Positions 1 to 11,582 of a DNA stretch of 64,000 nucleotides are shown here, piece after piece. A program made the translations under genes and the position numbers. The notes below the pieces were generated by a model, which saw nothing but the letters and a program-made list of their open reading frames with translations, did not search any database and was not told the DNA's origin. Where the stretch lies: NCBI GenBank assembly GCA_029717555.1, contig JAMDHS010000038.1:1-64000 (forward strand), written 5' to 3'. Within the stretch, counting starts at the first letter, position 1; every line of letters starts with the position of its first letter. The DNA comes from Peribolospora baueri (Eukaryota).

Positions 1-1367
1 TTTTTTCTTTTTTGCTTGCCGTTCATGCATTCGTTAGCGGGAGCGGACGGTGTGTCGTGTCTTGCTAGAGCCCGTCTGTCGTCGGCTCTTGTGCGCGCCA
101 AGACTACTGACTGGCCCGACGGCGCGCAAGCGCAGGCCATCCATCATCTATCTATCTCATCATCTGTCGCTGTGGGCAGACGACCAATTTGGCGCAGTCC
201 AGTTCCACGTTGCACCACCGACCGGGAGACACGAGCGGGAGACAGACAACTGTGCGCAATGCCGTCATCGTCTGTCGTTTGCGCTACCTACAGCAAATGG
301 CGAGAGATGGAGAGCGAGGCCAGGTTGGCGAGGAGGATGATTGCGTGGCGAGCGGGCAGAGCGATGGATGGAGAATCTGACCGAGCCGAGCCAAGCCAAG
401 GAGCACACCAACACTTCCTCTTCCCACCATGTGCATCGTCTTCGGCTAGCCCGTCTGCCCGTCAGTAAAAGCGTGCAGCGGTCAGCGCAAAATATAAATA
501 CTTACATACTTTTTTCTTTTTCTTTTAAAAAAAACAGCGGAGTTATCTAATAAATAGTCCAACCGTTTGCCATAATGATTTGAATACCTAGTCTGTACGC
601 TTTTACACAGTAGTTTCCATGCTGTAATTTAGCGCCCGGCCAAGCCCAAGCCCCAGCTGAGCCGGGCCCCAGCTGGGCGAGGATTGGCTCCGCTCCGCTC
701 GCGTACGCAATTACGCCTCGTTGTGTCTCGCTGGCGTCGGATGGGGAGCTGTTGTTCCGCACCCCCGGACTGACGCACGGACCAAGTGTCGCCTTGTTAC
801 CCACTCACAGGCTCAGGAGTGGACGGTAGAGGAGAGAAGACGAGGCGATACAAGAACGGCGATCTTGGCCAGGCTCGGGAGGTGGTATACTCGCTCGCCT
901 TCTTCTCTCGCACCACCGTCGCGACGAGCCAAGGCAGCCTGCGCTGGCCGCTGCGCTCTCTTCTCATCGTCTCTTTTCTTCTCTTCCCGGCTCGGCTCGC
1001 TTTCCTTCTTCGTCTCAACTAGAATTTCCCCTTCTTTCGTTTCTCTACTCGCTCGCTCCCCTCGCCAAGTTCTCGTCCGACTCCGAGTTGCCCTCTCGCT
1101 CGCACGCACGTCTTACGCTGCCCCGGCTATCCTCACCCCGGTCCCACCTCTCGCTCTCGGGTGACAGATTGCCTCGGCAGTTTTCCCGAGAGAAGCAGCC
1201 TTTTCCGATCCTTCCTTCTTTCCTTCCTTCCTGCGCCGAGAAATTCTCCACGCAGCAATCGTCTGCGCCGCGCCCGTCGCAGTCGCCCGCACCCCGCTCC
1301 CCGTCCCCGTCTCCCCGTCTCCGAGTGCTCTGGTTAGTGCTGGACCTCGCCCTCGCCCTCGCAGCTC

Positions 1368-2167
1368 ATGGCCCGCTCGTCACCGCCCTTGCTGTTTACT
1401 CCGCCAAGGCGAGCACAAGGCGAACGACGGACGCGTACGGGACGTGGCGACCACCGACGGACCACCGCCTTGGCCTCCGCACTCGGCCGGCCATTTACGG
1501 TGGTCACCGCAGCTGCGCTTGACCGATCCCGCGCTTCTTCATCATTTGCCTTGCCGCCCTCGACTTTGCTCTTGCTTAGCAGGTGGGTCCTTTTGCTCAC
1601 TCGCTCGACCGTGCGTCGTGTCATCTGTTGCCGCGACGACGACGACGACGACGACGGCGAGGCGACCTGGCTCGAGGGAGCAGATGGACGCCGCGGATGC
1701 ACATCGATCGCATCGAGCACGAGCACGAGCAGCAGGAATCATTCTCGCGCCCGTCTCCGGTTCTCTTCGGCCTCTCATCAACGATGTAGTCCATTGGGCC
1801 CGCTCTGCCCGCTCTGGGCGTACCTGCCCTGGCGTCCCGTCGATGCTTGGCCGCCGGAAATATACTGCGCCCGGCCCGCTCATCACGCGGCGACGCAGCC
1901 ATTGATACGATCCACAGACCTCCGTCCTGCGTGGTCTGTGCGGGCACCCCGCACCGCGCACCCGCACCGGGCCGATCGGTGGGTGGCAAGGCAAGGGAAG
2001 CAAAACCAGTTAACCTCGTGCGCACTCACGCTTGGCTCGCATCGCAATATTGGCGGACATCGCTGCGCTGCTGCTCGCGGGAACCATGTAGAGGGCGATG
2101 GCGACTGGTATGCCGTCGTCGGTCGCTCTTGATAAACCTGCGACGAGGTCTTTTTGGCCAAATCATT

Positions 2168-2200
<33 letters not shown>

Positions 2201-5200
2201 GTCGTCTACTTCGTCCCTTGGCGCTGACCGACTCCTCTCTTTGATTTCATTTTCCCTCCTCTTCTCCTCCACCGCCCAGGCCGGGCCCCGTCTTAGCCGC
2301 TCGCGCTCGCATGCGTGGCTCACCCTCGAGCCGCACCACCGGACCATCCCCGTCTTTCGCTCAACAACCCTCTTTCCTCCGAGCCGCCGTGAGCCAGCTT
2401 TCACCGACTGAGCGCCGCCGCGGCCGTCGATGGTATCGTGCAATATCTCCGCGCCACTCGCACGACGACGACACCACACCGTCTCTCCCGCCGTGGCTTC
2501 GTTACTCTACGACGGTCATCACCACTCCCTTCACCACCACCTCAACAGCTACCTTGTATAATCCAACGCTCCATCCGACAGCCCCGCCATCGCTCAGCGT
2601 CACCACGTTCTCCGGTCTCACCACCGAGACCGATGTCGGCATCACCTATGGCACCCTCACCCATTGTGGAAGTCACGACATTCCCCTAGGTCCCGCATGG
2701 GCTAGCTGCGCGTCGTCGGCACCTCTAGCGTCCAGCGCATCCTGCTCCTCTGCCCCCACCACCGCTCAAGCGTCGTCGCCTCCTGGAAGCCTCGGGCAAG
2801 GTCCCTTGACGATACCAATCTCCACCGCCGTCATCACGTCGACACTGTCCAATGGCTCTCTCGCCACCCTCTCCAGCACACTCTTTTCCACCTCCCTGCC
2901 CAGCGCCACCTCGGCCTCTATCGCTCCCTCCTCCACCCCGCCAACCTCTCCGCCCGCGCCCGCGGCCCAGCACGGTGCCCAACTGACGCGCGGTGACATT
3001 GCTGGGATCGCTATCGGGACAACATTCGGAGTCTTCTTCATCGCATTTTGTCTCTTCTACGCTTGGCACCGGTACGGAAGAAGCAGGCTCGGAGCCGTAA
3101 ATGTACAAGCGGGCCCGGAAGCAAGGGAGGACGGAGGAAGGCTTGATGAGTTCAACAATGTCGGCAGACACGGCGCCTGGGGAGCTGGCACGGGAGACAT
3201 GGTTCAGTATCGCCCGGGAGTTGTTGCGGGAGTCGATTACAGTGCCCTTGTCGGCGTTCCTCCGGTGTGGACGTCTTCTCATCTCACGCAGGACTCGGAG
3301 GAGGAAGAGGTGTTGGCTGACGACAGCAACGGCAGAGCCAATGGAAACGGAAACGGAAACGGAAACGGCGACGGCGGCGGCCGTAGTGGCTTTGATGGGC
3401 CACCTTCCTTACCCAGGCGGTATCGCATGCGATCGTCGTCGGGTTTGGCTCTTCCCCTTCCCTCCCCGTCCGCCTCTGTCAGCTACCTCGACGACCCTTC
3501 CTCCTCTCGTACTTCTCCTTCCGCCTCTTCCTGGAGCAGTAGCATTCTCCAAGACGTAGGCATACTCACTAGTTTACCAGTCGGCACCGACACATCTAGC
3601 CTTTCCGCCTCCGACCTCCCGCAAGCGCGGGCCTCTACTCCGACGCTCGGTTCCGAGGAGGTCAGCGAGCGAAGAGGCAGCGACGGATCTTCACGATCCG
3701 CTCCGATGAGGCGCGGAGGGGGAGGGGCCGTCAGTGAGCAGGAAGACGTTCTCGCCGGCCGCAACTCCTGGAGTGAGAACAGCATGGCCGGAGGAGGGCT
3801 ATCGCCACCTCCAAGAAGAAGTCGCAGTCGTGCTAGCGTCACACTCCACGACTCTTCTTCTTCTTCTTCGTCTCGCGCCGACCCAGACGTCATCTTCGTC
3901 CCTTCCACCCCGCCCGGCGGCGGAAGCGGGAGCGGAAGCGGACGCGGCTCGCTCAGCTCTGACGGCATCGGGAGGGGTTCGGCTGGCCGAGGGAGCGTCT
4001 CGACGGAGGCTGGACAAAGTGGAAGCGGACGAGGAAGCGTGAGCACGGACGAGAGATGGTTGCTCGCAAGCAGTAGTCTCGGCCACACTTCCCCTGCCGT
4101 CCCTGCCGCCGTCGCCGCGCCTCCTTCTTCCCCACCGAAGAGACCGCCTACGGTGCAGCGAGAAGAGCGAGAGCGAGGAAGGAGCGAGTGGCCAACAACT
4201 CCCCCTCGAGAGCGACAGCGCAAGACTCCTTGGAGCAGAATTGCCCGTGGACGCGCCGCCGCCGCCCCTCCTTCTTCTCCGTCTCCTCCGTCTCCTCCCT
4301 CTCATCCGTCTCCTGCGTACCGGCCGTCTCCGTCTCCTTCCTCCACCGTCCCCCGACACGACGCTCCGGGCCCCTTCTCCCTGGAACCTTTCCAGACCGG
4401 TTTTGGTCAGGGCTCGCTCGATCTCTTCACGGACGCTCCTTCCCGCCGCCATCCACATGGTGTAGAGCCAGGACAGTTCTTCTCCGCTCTGTTGCATCGT
4501 CACCCTGCCCACGTGCGAGGAGGAGGGACCACTGGACGCCGACCTGGAGGTGGAGGCGAACCGTACCCTCTCCCTCCCACAGCGCAGAGGGGCGCTTCAC
4601 GCCTTCCCACTATATCCAGTCTGTCTTCTCTTGATGACGAGGACGCCTCCGCTAGGGCTCGGGCAGGAGGTCGTGCACCCATCTTCTCCACGCCGCTCGA
4701 CATCGACGACCACGAACTGGCCGGCTTCGGCGGCGGAGGTCGTGGCGGAAGCGACAGTCCGGGGCGATACCGTTTCGACGACGCCGTCAGGACGCCCACG
4801 CCCGCTCACTCTGCCGACGTGCGAACCGGCGACGGCGACGGCGACGGCAGCGCCAGTCGTCGTGCGAGCCGCGCATCCACGTCCGCTGCCTCTCAGCCCT
4901 CTCGGCTCTCTTGGCTCTCTGGCTCCGGGTCGCCGTCCGCGTCGGCGTCCCGATCGCAAACCACTCGCTCGAGGTCGGGCTCAGGCGACTCTGATGACGG
5001 GCCTGTGGATGGAGCCGTGCTCGAGCAAGAGCCAGAGGCGAGGAGGAGACCGTGGTCGATTTCGGAGGAAGATGACCCCGTCCCGGACCCGGACCCGAAC
5101 GTGGACAGGAACGGTCTGCGTTCCGACGAACGACAAGAACACAGAGACGAACCTGAACCTGTTCCCGTTCTGCCGCCCAACGTAGGCAACATGGGCTCTT

Positions 5201-5364
5201 TCGGACGCGCGTCGGCATCGCGCTCACAAGCAAGTGGTGGTCCGCACTATTCGGCTGACGACGATGATCGCTCAGCACCACGTGCGGCTTCTGGGCCCAC
5301 GGCAGGGAGCGGAGGGCGCCGGACGGGGAGACAGACGAGGGACGCTTTACCTCGGTGGAGCTAG
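1368..5364 (+). CDS. Single-pass membrane protein with Ser/Thr-rich ectodomain and long disordered cytoplasmic tail (Mid2/Wsc/mucin-like topology); proposed join(1368..1582,2280..5364)
   Basis: ORF 2311..5364 has a T/S-rich region, then TM IAGIAIGTTFGVFFIAFCLFYAW followed by basic HRYGRSR. Donor AG|GTGGGT at 1583 and branch GCTGAC + pyrimidine tract + CAG ending 2279 join ORF 1368 in frame. The first exon is less certain than the main exon. Confidence 0.7.
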
Positions 5365-5895
5365 CGGGGCAGCTTGGGCTCTTGAAGTGGCCAACGTCAG
5401 GAGCGGACATTTTTTTTTCCTTCCTTCCCTCTCCCTCTCCTTCATTTCGCATTTCGCACGGGCTGGCCTTGTTTCATCCATCCATTGTCCTGCAACTCAC
5501 TTTCTAGCTCTATCGTCTATCGACCCGCCGTTGGCCTCTTGACTCCTTGTCAGGACCCACAGGAGGCGGAACCCGTCCCATATTCACGATAATGCCCAAT
5601 GTCTGCAATTATTGGATCTGCTCGATAGTCAGCGTCTGGACGGACTGCTCCTTTGAATGCTCTTTGAACCAGAGGCGAAAAAGTTTGAAAAGTCGAAGGC
5701 TATTTTGATCCTCCTCTATTTATCCAGTCCTCGCGTCCAGAGGGATAAAAAGGGTAGAGGTAGCGTACAGGGCACAAACGGGCTGAGGTCGACGTGCATG
5801 GGTGCTTGCAACTGCATCGTAGGGAACAACAGGGCTTGAAGAATCGCTGGACATGTGCTATGCATGAACGTTGCGCCGGCAGGACTGCCAATCAA

Positions 5896-8496
5896 TCATT
5901 GAAGGTAAGGCTTAAGCTGCGCGGCCGAAAGCAGAGGACGAAAGGAAGACCTCCAAATCATGAGCCCGCGAACCGACTGGAAAAGTCAACACAGCAAGAG
6001 ACGGACCTTCTGCAACCTCCTTCCCGCTTCCCGGAGAGTCTCCTTGTCCTTGCAGAAGGAAAATCGGGTATAGTTGGCGCCCTGAACCGTCAGAACACCG
6101 AAGGAACGAGTCAAACGAGACGGGATTGGGCAGCGATCAGAAGATGGACGCGTAGATAAAAGAATGAGAGGCCATGGCCACCGACGGGCTGACGGTCACT
6201 CACGATCTCAACGTGTTCCGTACTGTAGAACTGGCAGCCATGATGTACAATACGACATCAGCCCTCTTGCTCGACAGGAGGCTGTATACTCCAGAGCTAT
6301 TAGCGAAGAAAGAAACGGACCGCTCACCTCGCTAGGCGGAATGGTCACCACGCCCGCCTTCTCCGCAATGAACCACGAAACGGTGAAATCTCTAGGCCTG
6401 CTCCGAACATGTTCCGGCACAACGTAATCCTCCGGAATCTTGATCCGTCGATTGTCCACAAGCACAAAGTAGGAGCCGTGTGGGATCGTGTAAGGGAGGC
6501 CGAGCTCGTCTAGGGCGGAGAGGAGGATGTCGCGCCGGGCCAGATATTCTTGGACTTGGTTAGGGAAAAAGTTTTGCGCGGCCGCTTGCTCGAAGCCGAC
6601 GGCAGCTGAGTTTTTGAAATTGCCGTTAAAGAAAAAGAGGGAGCGATCGACGTTTAGGTCCATTCAACTGCGTCTAACACCGACTAATGGTGCCCGCATG
6701 CTGGAATGCAATAGAATTAGTCTGCTCACTGGCTTCCTGCATGATCGAGTTGACAGTAAAAACGATCCTGGTTTGCGCAACGAGAGCCGGATGAACGAGC
6801 TCCTTGGGACCAATCAGCCAGCCTACGCGCCATCCGGTGGCGGCAAAAGATTCTGGACAATCAAATTTTTACCGTCAGATCAACGGTTCATGCACAAATG
6901 TACGATTATTCTCGTGCATATTATGTGGCTGTGCATCCAGCGTTGATGAGGAACAACGAACTCACTTCCAGCGCTTCCAACAGTAATCGTCCTTTCCCAC
7001 ATCCCCGGTAAATTGGCAATGCGAACATGCTCATGAGGTGGGTAAACAAGGCTTTCGTACACTTCGTCAGACATGACCAAGAGGTCGTGCTTAATCGCGA
7101 GCTCCGCGATGCGCTCGAGCTCGGAGCGAGTGAAGACCTTTCCGATCGGGTTGCTACATGGCGGGCAGTTACAGGAATCAAGGGTCAGTTTGGTCTGTTC
7201 AAGTCAGAGCTAGGCAAGGGGAGGACTAGACCCACTGCGGAGTGTTCAACAATATCATCTTCGTCTTTGGAGTAATCGCACGCTCGAGCTCGTCAAACTC
7301 GACCGTCCATTCTGAGGCCTCCGCGTTTCCGCGCGTCTTTGGTGGATGTAAAGACACGTAAACGGGGACGCTGGGGAGGAAGATAAAAAATCGGTTGGGA
7401 ACGGCAATTTGGAAGTGCTAAAAATAAAAGGAGAACCCACCCTCCATTAAAAGTAGCCTGAAGACAAAAAAGGGGAAAGGCACGCCTATTAGCACGGATG
7501 CTCCTCCGGGAGCAGCATGACCACACAGCATTCAGGTTGAACACTGACGTTACAAATGTATTGATCGAAGTAGCTCCTGGGCGCAGAGATGGGAGACACG
7601 AGCAGGACATCCTTGAGCACAGCCACGAGCCACACAATTAACTCGCAGCGACGTCGATGTGAGCTCACTCAAACAAGATGACCTCATCGCCCTCCTCAAG
7701 CCAGGCAGTCTTGAAAGCATACATGCCCTCGTTTGCGCCAGCAGTGACTAGAATTTCCGTTTCCGTATCCAGCTTCCGATCTCCGATGGCTTCCTTGAAG
7801 AGGGGCGAGTAGAACTCGGAGAGCGCTTTGCGGAGCCGAGGTCGTCCCTTGGGATGCGAGTAATGGTGAGTGTCGATGCCTTTACTTACAGCTTCATCTG
7901 CTGCCTTTCGAATGTATTCTATATAAGAAGCGATGCTTGGAATCAGTGGTGTTTCATTGCGAATGAAGCTAAGGTCGTTGGTGGGGGAAGGAGGACAAAG
8001 GCGCGGGGGGCTTACCAGCAGGCTGATATAAGAGAAGTGAGACGGAAATGAGGATGTGAAACAAGAAGAAGCGGAAACTGGTCAGATGAATGGCCCTGAC
8101 CACCTCGCCCTCGTTGGTCCGCTTTCTGCCACCAAATGCCCGAAATGCCATTGGTGGACAGTCCACTCCCCCACCGGACTTCCTCTTTTTCCGACCGCCT
8201 CAACAACGTCGCCCTCGGACGTGCGCACTCACAGCCCAATTCATAAAACCTTGACCAAGGTTGATGTTCTTGTCCGGAGGCCAGACAGTGGGATTGAACA
8301 TGCTCCAGACGTCGGCGCCCCTGTTAGCCTCTGCGTTGATGCGAGAGCTGATTTGGTGCTTGCTCTTCGCGGTGCCTGGTGCGGCGGCGGGGAGAAAGGA
8401 CGTGGAAGAGGTAGACATGGTGCAATTGCCAACTCGAAGGGCAAAGGAGCGGAATGGAAGGAGGCGGCAGAGGCGTGAGCGAGGAGTGACGAACAT
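5896..8496 (-). CDS. BNA3: Kynurenine aminotransferase / class I PLP-dependent aminotransferase (multi-exon)
   Basis: Spliced motifs INLGQGFMNW, HYSHPKGRPRLR, LLNTPH|NPIGKVF, VMSDEVYE, ERTITVGSAG(K)|SFAATGWRVGW (PLP lysine split by an intron), PHGSYFVLVD, RFSFCK; last exon LKPYLQ* ends 5896. In-frame ATGs at 8496 and 8418. Confidence 0.93.
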
Positions 8497-8715
8497 GGAG
8501 GTGGTTGTCGTCTCTAGCGCTCGTCGCCGTCGCCCGACCTTCAGGCGAACTTCGCCCCGGCATGGCGTGATCGGATCGGCCTGGGGTAGAGCGGGGGCGC
8601 CTATCGCCGCGTGTGTCCGTTGCACCGACGCACAGACCTCGTTCAGCCGTGGAGAGCAACCAGAGACGGAACAAGCCACGTCCACTGACGTCTTCTCCTT
8701 CATCCAGACGTCAAG

Positions 8716-11048
8716 ATGGCATTCGGCATGTCCTACGTGGCTCGCCGCGTGCATCGCTGTTTTCGCGTTGTTGAGAAGTGGGCGGACAGGATCACCGGCG
8801 CAGCTGGGCCCATATTCGTCGCCCTCGCTTGGATCCTCATCTCACTTTGCTTCTGGGCATACTGTGAGTTTTGCTTTCCCTTGGGGGAGAGCGGAGTGGA
8901 GTTCGGCTGGAATCTCTATGGCTGGAAATCTTTGTGGCTGGAAGTCTTTGTTCAGAAGATTGAACTCCACCGCCTTGAATAATGAGGGTGTGGCATGCAA
9001 GAAACAGGCTGACCGAACATGCTTTCTTCGTCCCGCCGTGCAACAACAGTCACCGTCGTCCTCCCGAGCGCCTTTCCCCAGCCCGGCCCTCTAACGCCCG
9101 CATCTCTTCTTAACTCCCCTTCTTTCCTTTTCGCCACTCTTTGGTCCCTCTACATTGTCTACTCCATTGTCTTTCACTACATCTCCGCCATTCGTGTCCC
9201 GCCTGGAAGCCCATTGGCCGGTCTCAGGTTTCCGTCAGCAGTACCGGTCGCGAATTTGGACGCTCTAGCGAATGGCGGACACGCAGGAGCTGGAAGGGCC
9301 GTATGGAGTACAACCGGAGGAAAGACGCTTGAAGGAGACCAGGGCAACTCGCTAGAGCCCCAAACGCGAGCCGTCTCCAGCGGCATAGATGATCTTCGGG
9401 GTTCTACACTCCCCTCTTATCACCCATCCCCGGACAGCATCCGAACACCGCCCCAACCTACGCGATCATGCCGAAAGTGTCCACCGGTACCCAAAGCACT
9501 TGCTATGGCTGCTCTTCCACAAAGGATACGCCTCGCGGAAGAGCGTAGGGAAGCCGAAGATGCCCCGGAAGGAGAGGGAGATAGGGCGAGCGGTGTGAAT
9601 GTTGATGGCGTACCGGAGGAGATGGTACGGTCTCCAAAGCCGGAGAGGACGCATCATTGTTCGGTTTGTAAGGTCTGCGTGTTGAAATTCGTGAGTGTAG
9701 CATAGTACAGAGACTTCCCACGCATTGAAGGCGGGTGCTTCAGAGGTTCCTCGTCGACACGAGATACAAGCTCACCTGTCCTCACCCCATCTGTCCTTCA
9801 TTTGTTTACTCTTTCCTCAAAGGATCACCACTGCCCATGTAAGCCTCAACAAATCTTCTTAATCAACTGGCCTTTTCAAATCTTTACCTTACCGACGAAT
9901 TTTTCTATTCATATCTTTACGCACAACACAGGGCTCAACCAATGTGTCGGCCTTGGAAACGAGCGATATTTTGTTCTTTTCATGTAAGTGAGCACTTCAA
10001 CTCAAATTGGAGTGATGATCAGTTGGCCTGACGCGAACGGTGCCTTTCGTGTGACGATCCATGCCTTCCCTGTTTGGCACACAAAGGACCTACCTCTCCA
10101 TAGGTTGCGCCTTTGTTGTCTACTGGGGATGGCCCTCCTTCCTTCAATGTCTGTCTTTCGGCGACGTGAGTACCCCCTTCTCGCTTTCCATGCGCACTTC
10201 TGCGTTACTTTCGATCTTGTCGTTCACCACCACGTTCGGTTTTCCCCTTCTCTTCTATTACTTCCAGTGGCCTCACCCCTACACCCCGCGCCTGCTCGTG
10301 CTCCTCCTCTGGGTCATATCCGCAGCATTGGGCTTCGCGGTCGGCGTCATGGCCGTTTGGCAGTTCCATCTCATCATGAAAGGAGAAACGAGCGTGGAGA
10401 GCAATGATAACGGTGAGCAACTGGCTCCAACCCTGGGGGTCGAAGTCTACTGGTTTGTGGGGGCGGCAGAAGGTGGCGTCTCCTGTGCATCCTGACCCTG
10501 CCTATTTTCTTCCCCTCGTCTTCAATGTTCCGGAACGGATAGGTTACTACCGACAACTGGCGAAATCTCGGGGACAGGTGAATACCGCCGTCTTCGCCGA
10601 TCATCACTCTCCCTCCCAGCCTAACGCGTCCGAGTATTGACTTTCCAATCTCCCATTTCATTGCCACCGTCCCGCGACCGTAGACCTTCCAAAACGTGTA
10701 TGACCTCGGACGGATATGCAATCTCCAGCACTTCTTCAATGTCGGACCTGGATCTCCTTAGTGAGCTGCTGTGTCTTCTTTCCGTGTCTTCATTACCAAG
10801 ACCCATTTAAACCGAACAGCTAGTATCCCGAGCTGACTCTGTCGCGCATGACCACATCCTCGCCCCACCACTTCATCGACAGTCCCTATTACACCGTTTT
10901 ACTTCCCATCCGCATACCTCCTTACACCGACGGCTGGACTTGGGACAAGCGAGCAGGTTTGGGAGGAAGGCACGTCGGCGTGACGTGGGAGGAGGAACTG
11001 ACTGATGAGGAAGAGGCGGATGAGGGCGACGGGGAGAGGTTGGATTGA
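8716..11048 (+). CDS. DHHC protein S-palmitoyltransferase (ZDHHC16-like), multi-exon
   Basis: PKPERTHHCSVCKVCVLKF|DHHCP|WLNQCVGLGNERYFVLFM, hydrophobic TM segments, ETSVE motif, NVYDLG..NL..FF, C-terminal YTVLLPIRIPPYTDGWTW. Confidence 0.93.
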
Positions 11049-11582
11049 TGGAGATGCACCGGCATGCAATGCACGCTGCTTTCATCGCTTTTCTTTGCTC
11101 ACTCTGACCACCTCTCTCGTGTTCGTGTTGATCCTGATCGATGGATGGCTACCGATGTCATCAGGGAATACACTCTTTCGAAAGTGTGCAGTGTGGAGGG
11201 GTAAGAGACGAGCCTGGGTAAGCGGCTCCCTTTTACGCCGTATCCGTGTTGGCCCTATCATGAACTGTATCATGAGACTTGTCTCCTGCATTTGTGTCAC
11301 TGCGTTTGAATTTTGCTCCCGAAGGCATGGAGAAGAGTTTTGAATTGAGGCGGCGGAGGTGAGGAACGAGCAAGCGCGTAAACGAGGGCGCATAAATGCG
11401 GGTCGCCTCGTAACCCTACCGGTCGGCCCGAGTGATCGGTGAGCGCAGCCGCTCGTGGACGCTCCTGTCCCTTCCATTGTACCCAGCCCTGCCTTCTGCC
11501 TCGCCTAGCCTCGCGCCGTCGCCTCCTCCATCTTCGCCTTGTAGCTTTGGAAGGGCAAAGTTGGTGGAGAACAGAGGAGGTC

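Noticed and set aside
2221..2300. Signal-peptide-like LLSLISFSLLFSSTAQA in ORF 2154..2411
   Set aside because: It is the branch point and polypyrimidine tract of the intron ending at 2279.
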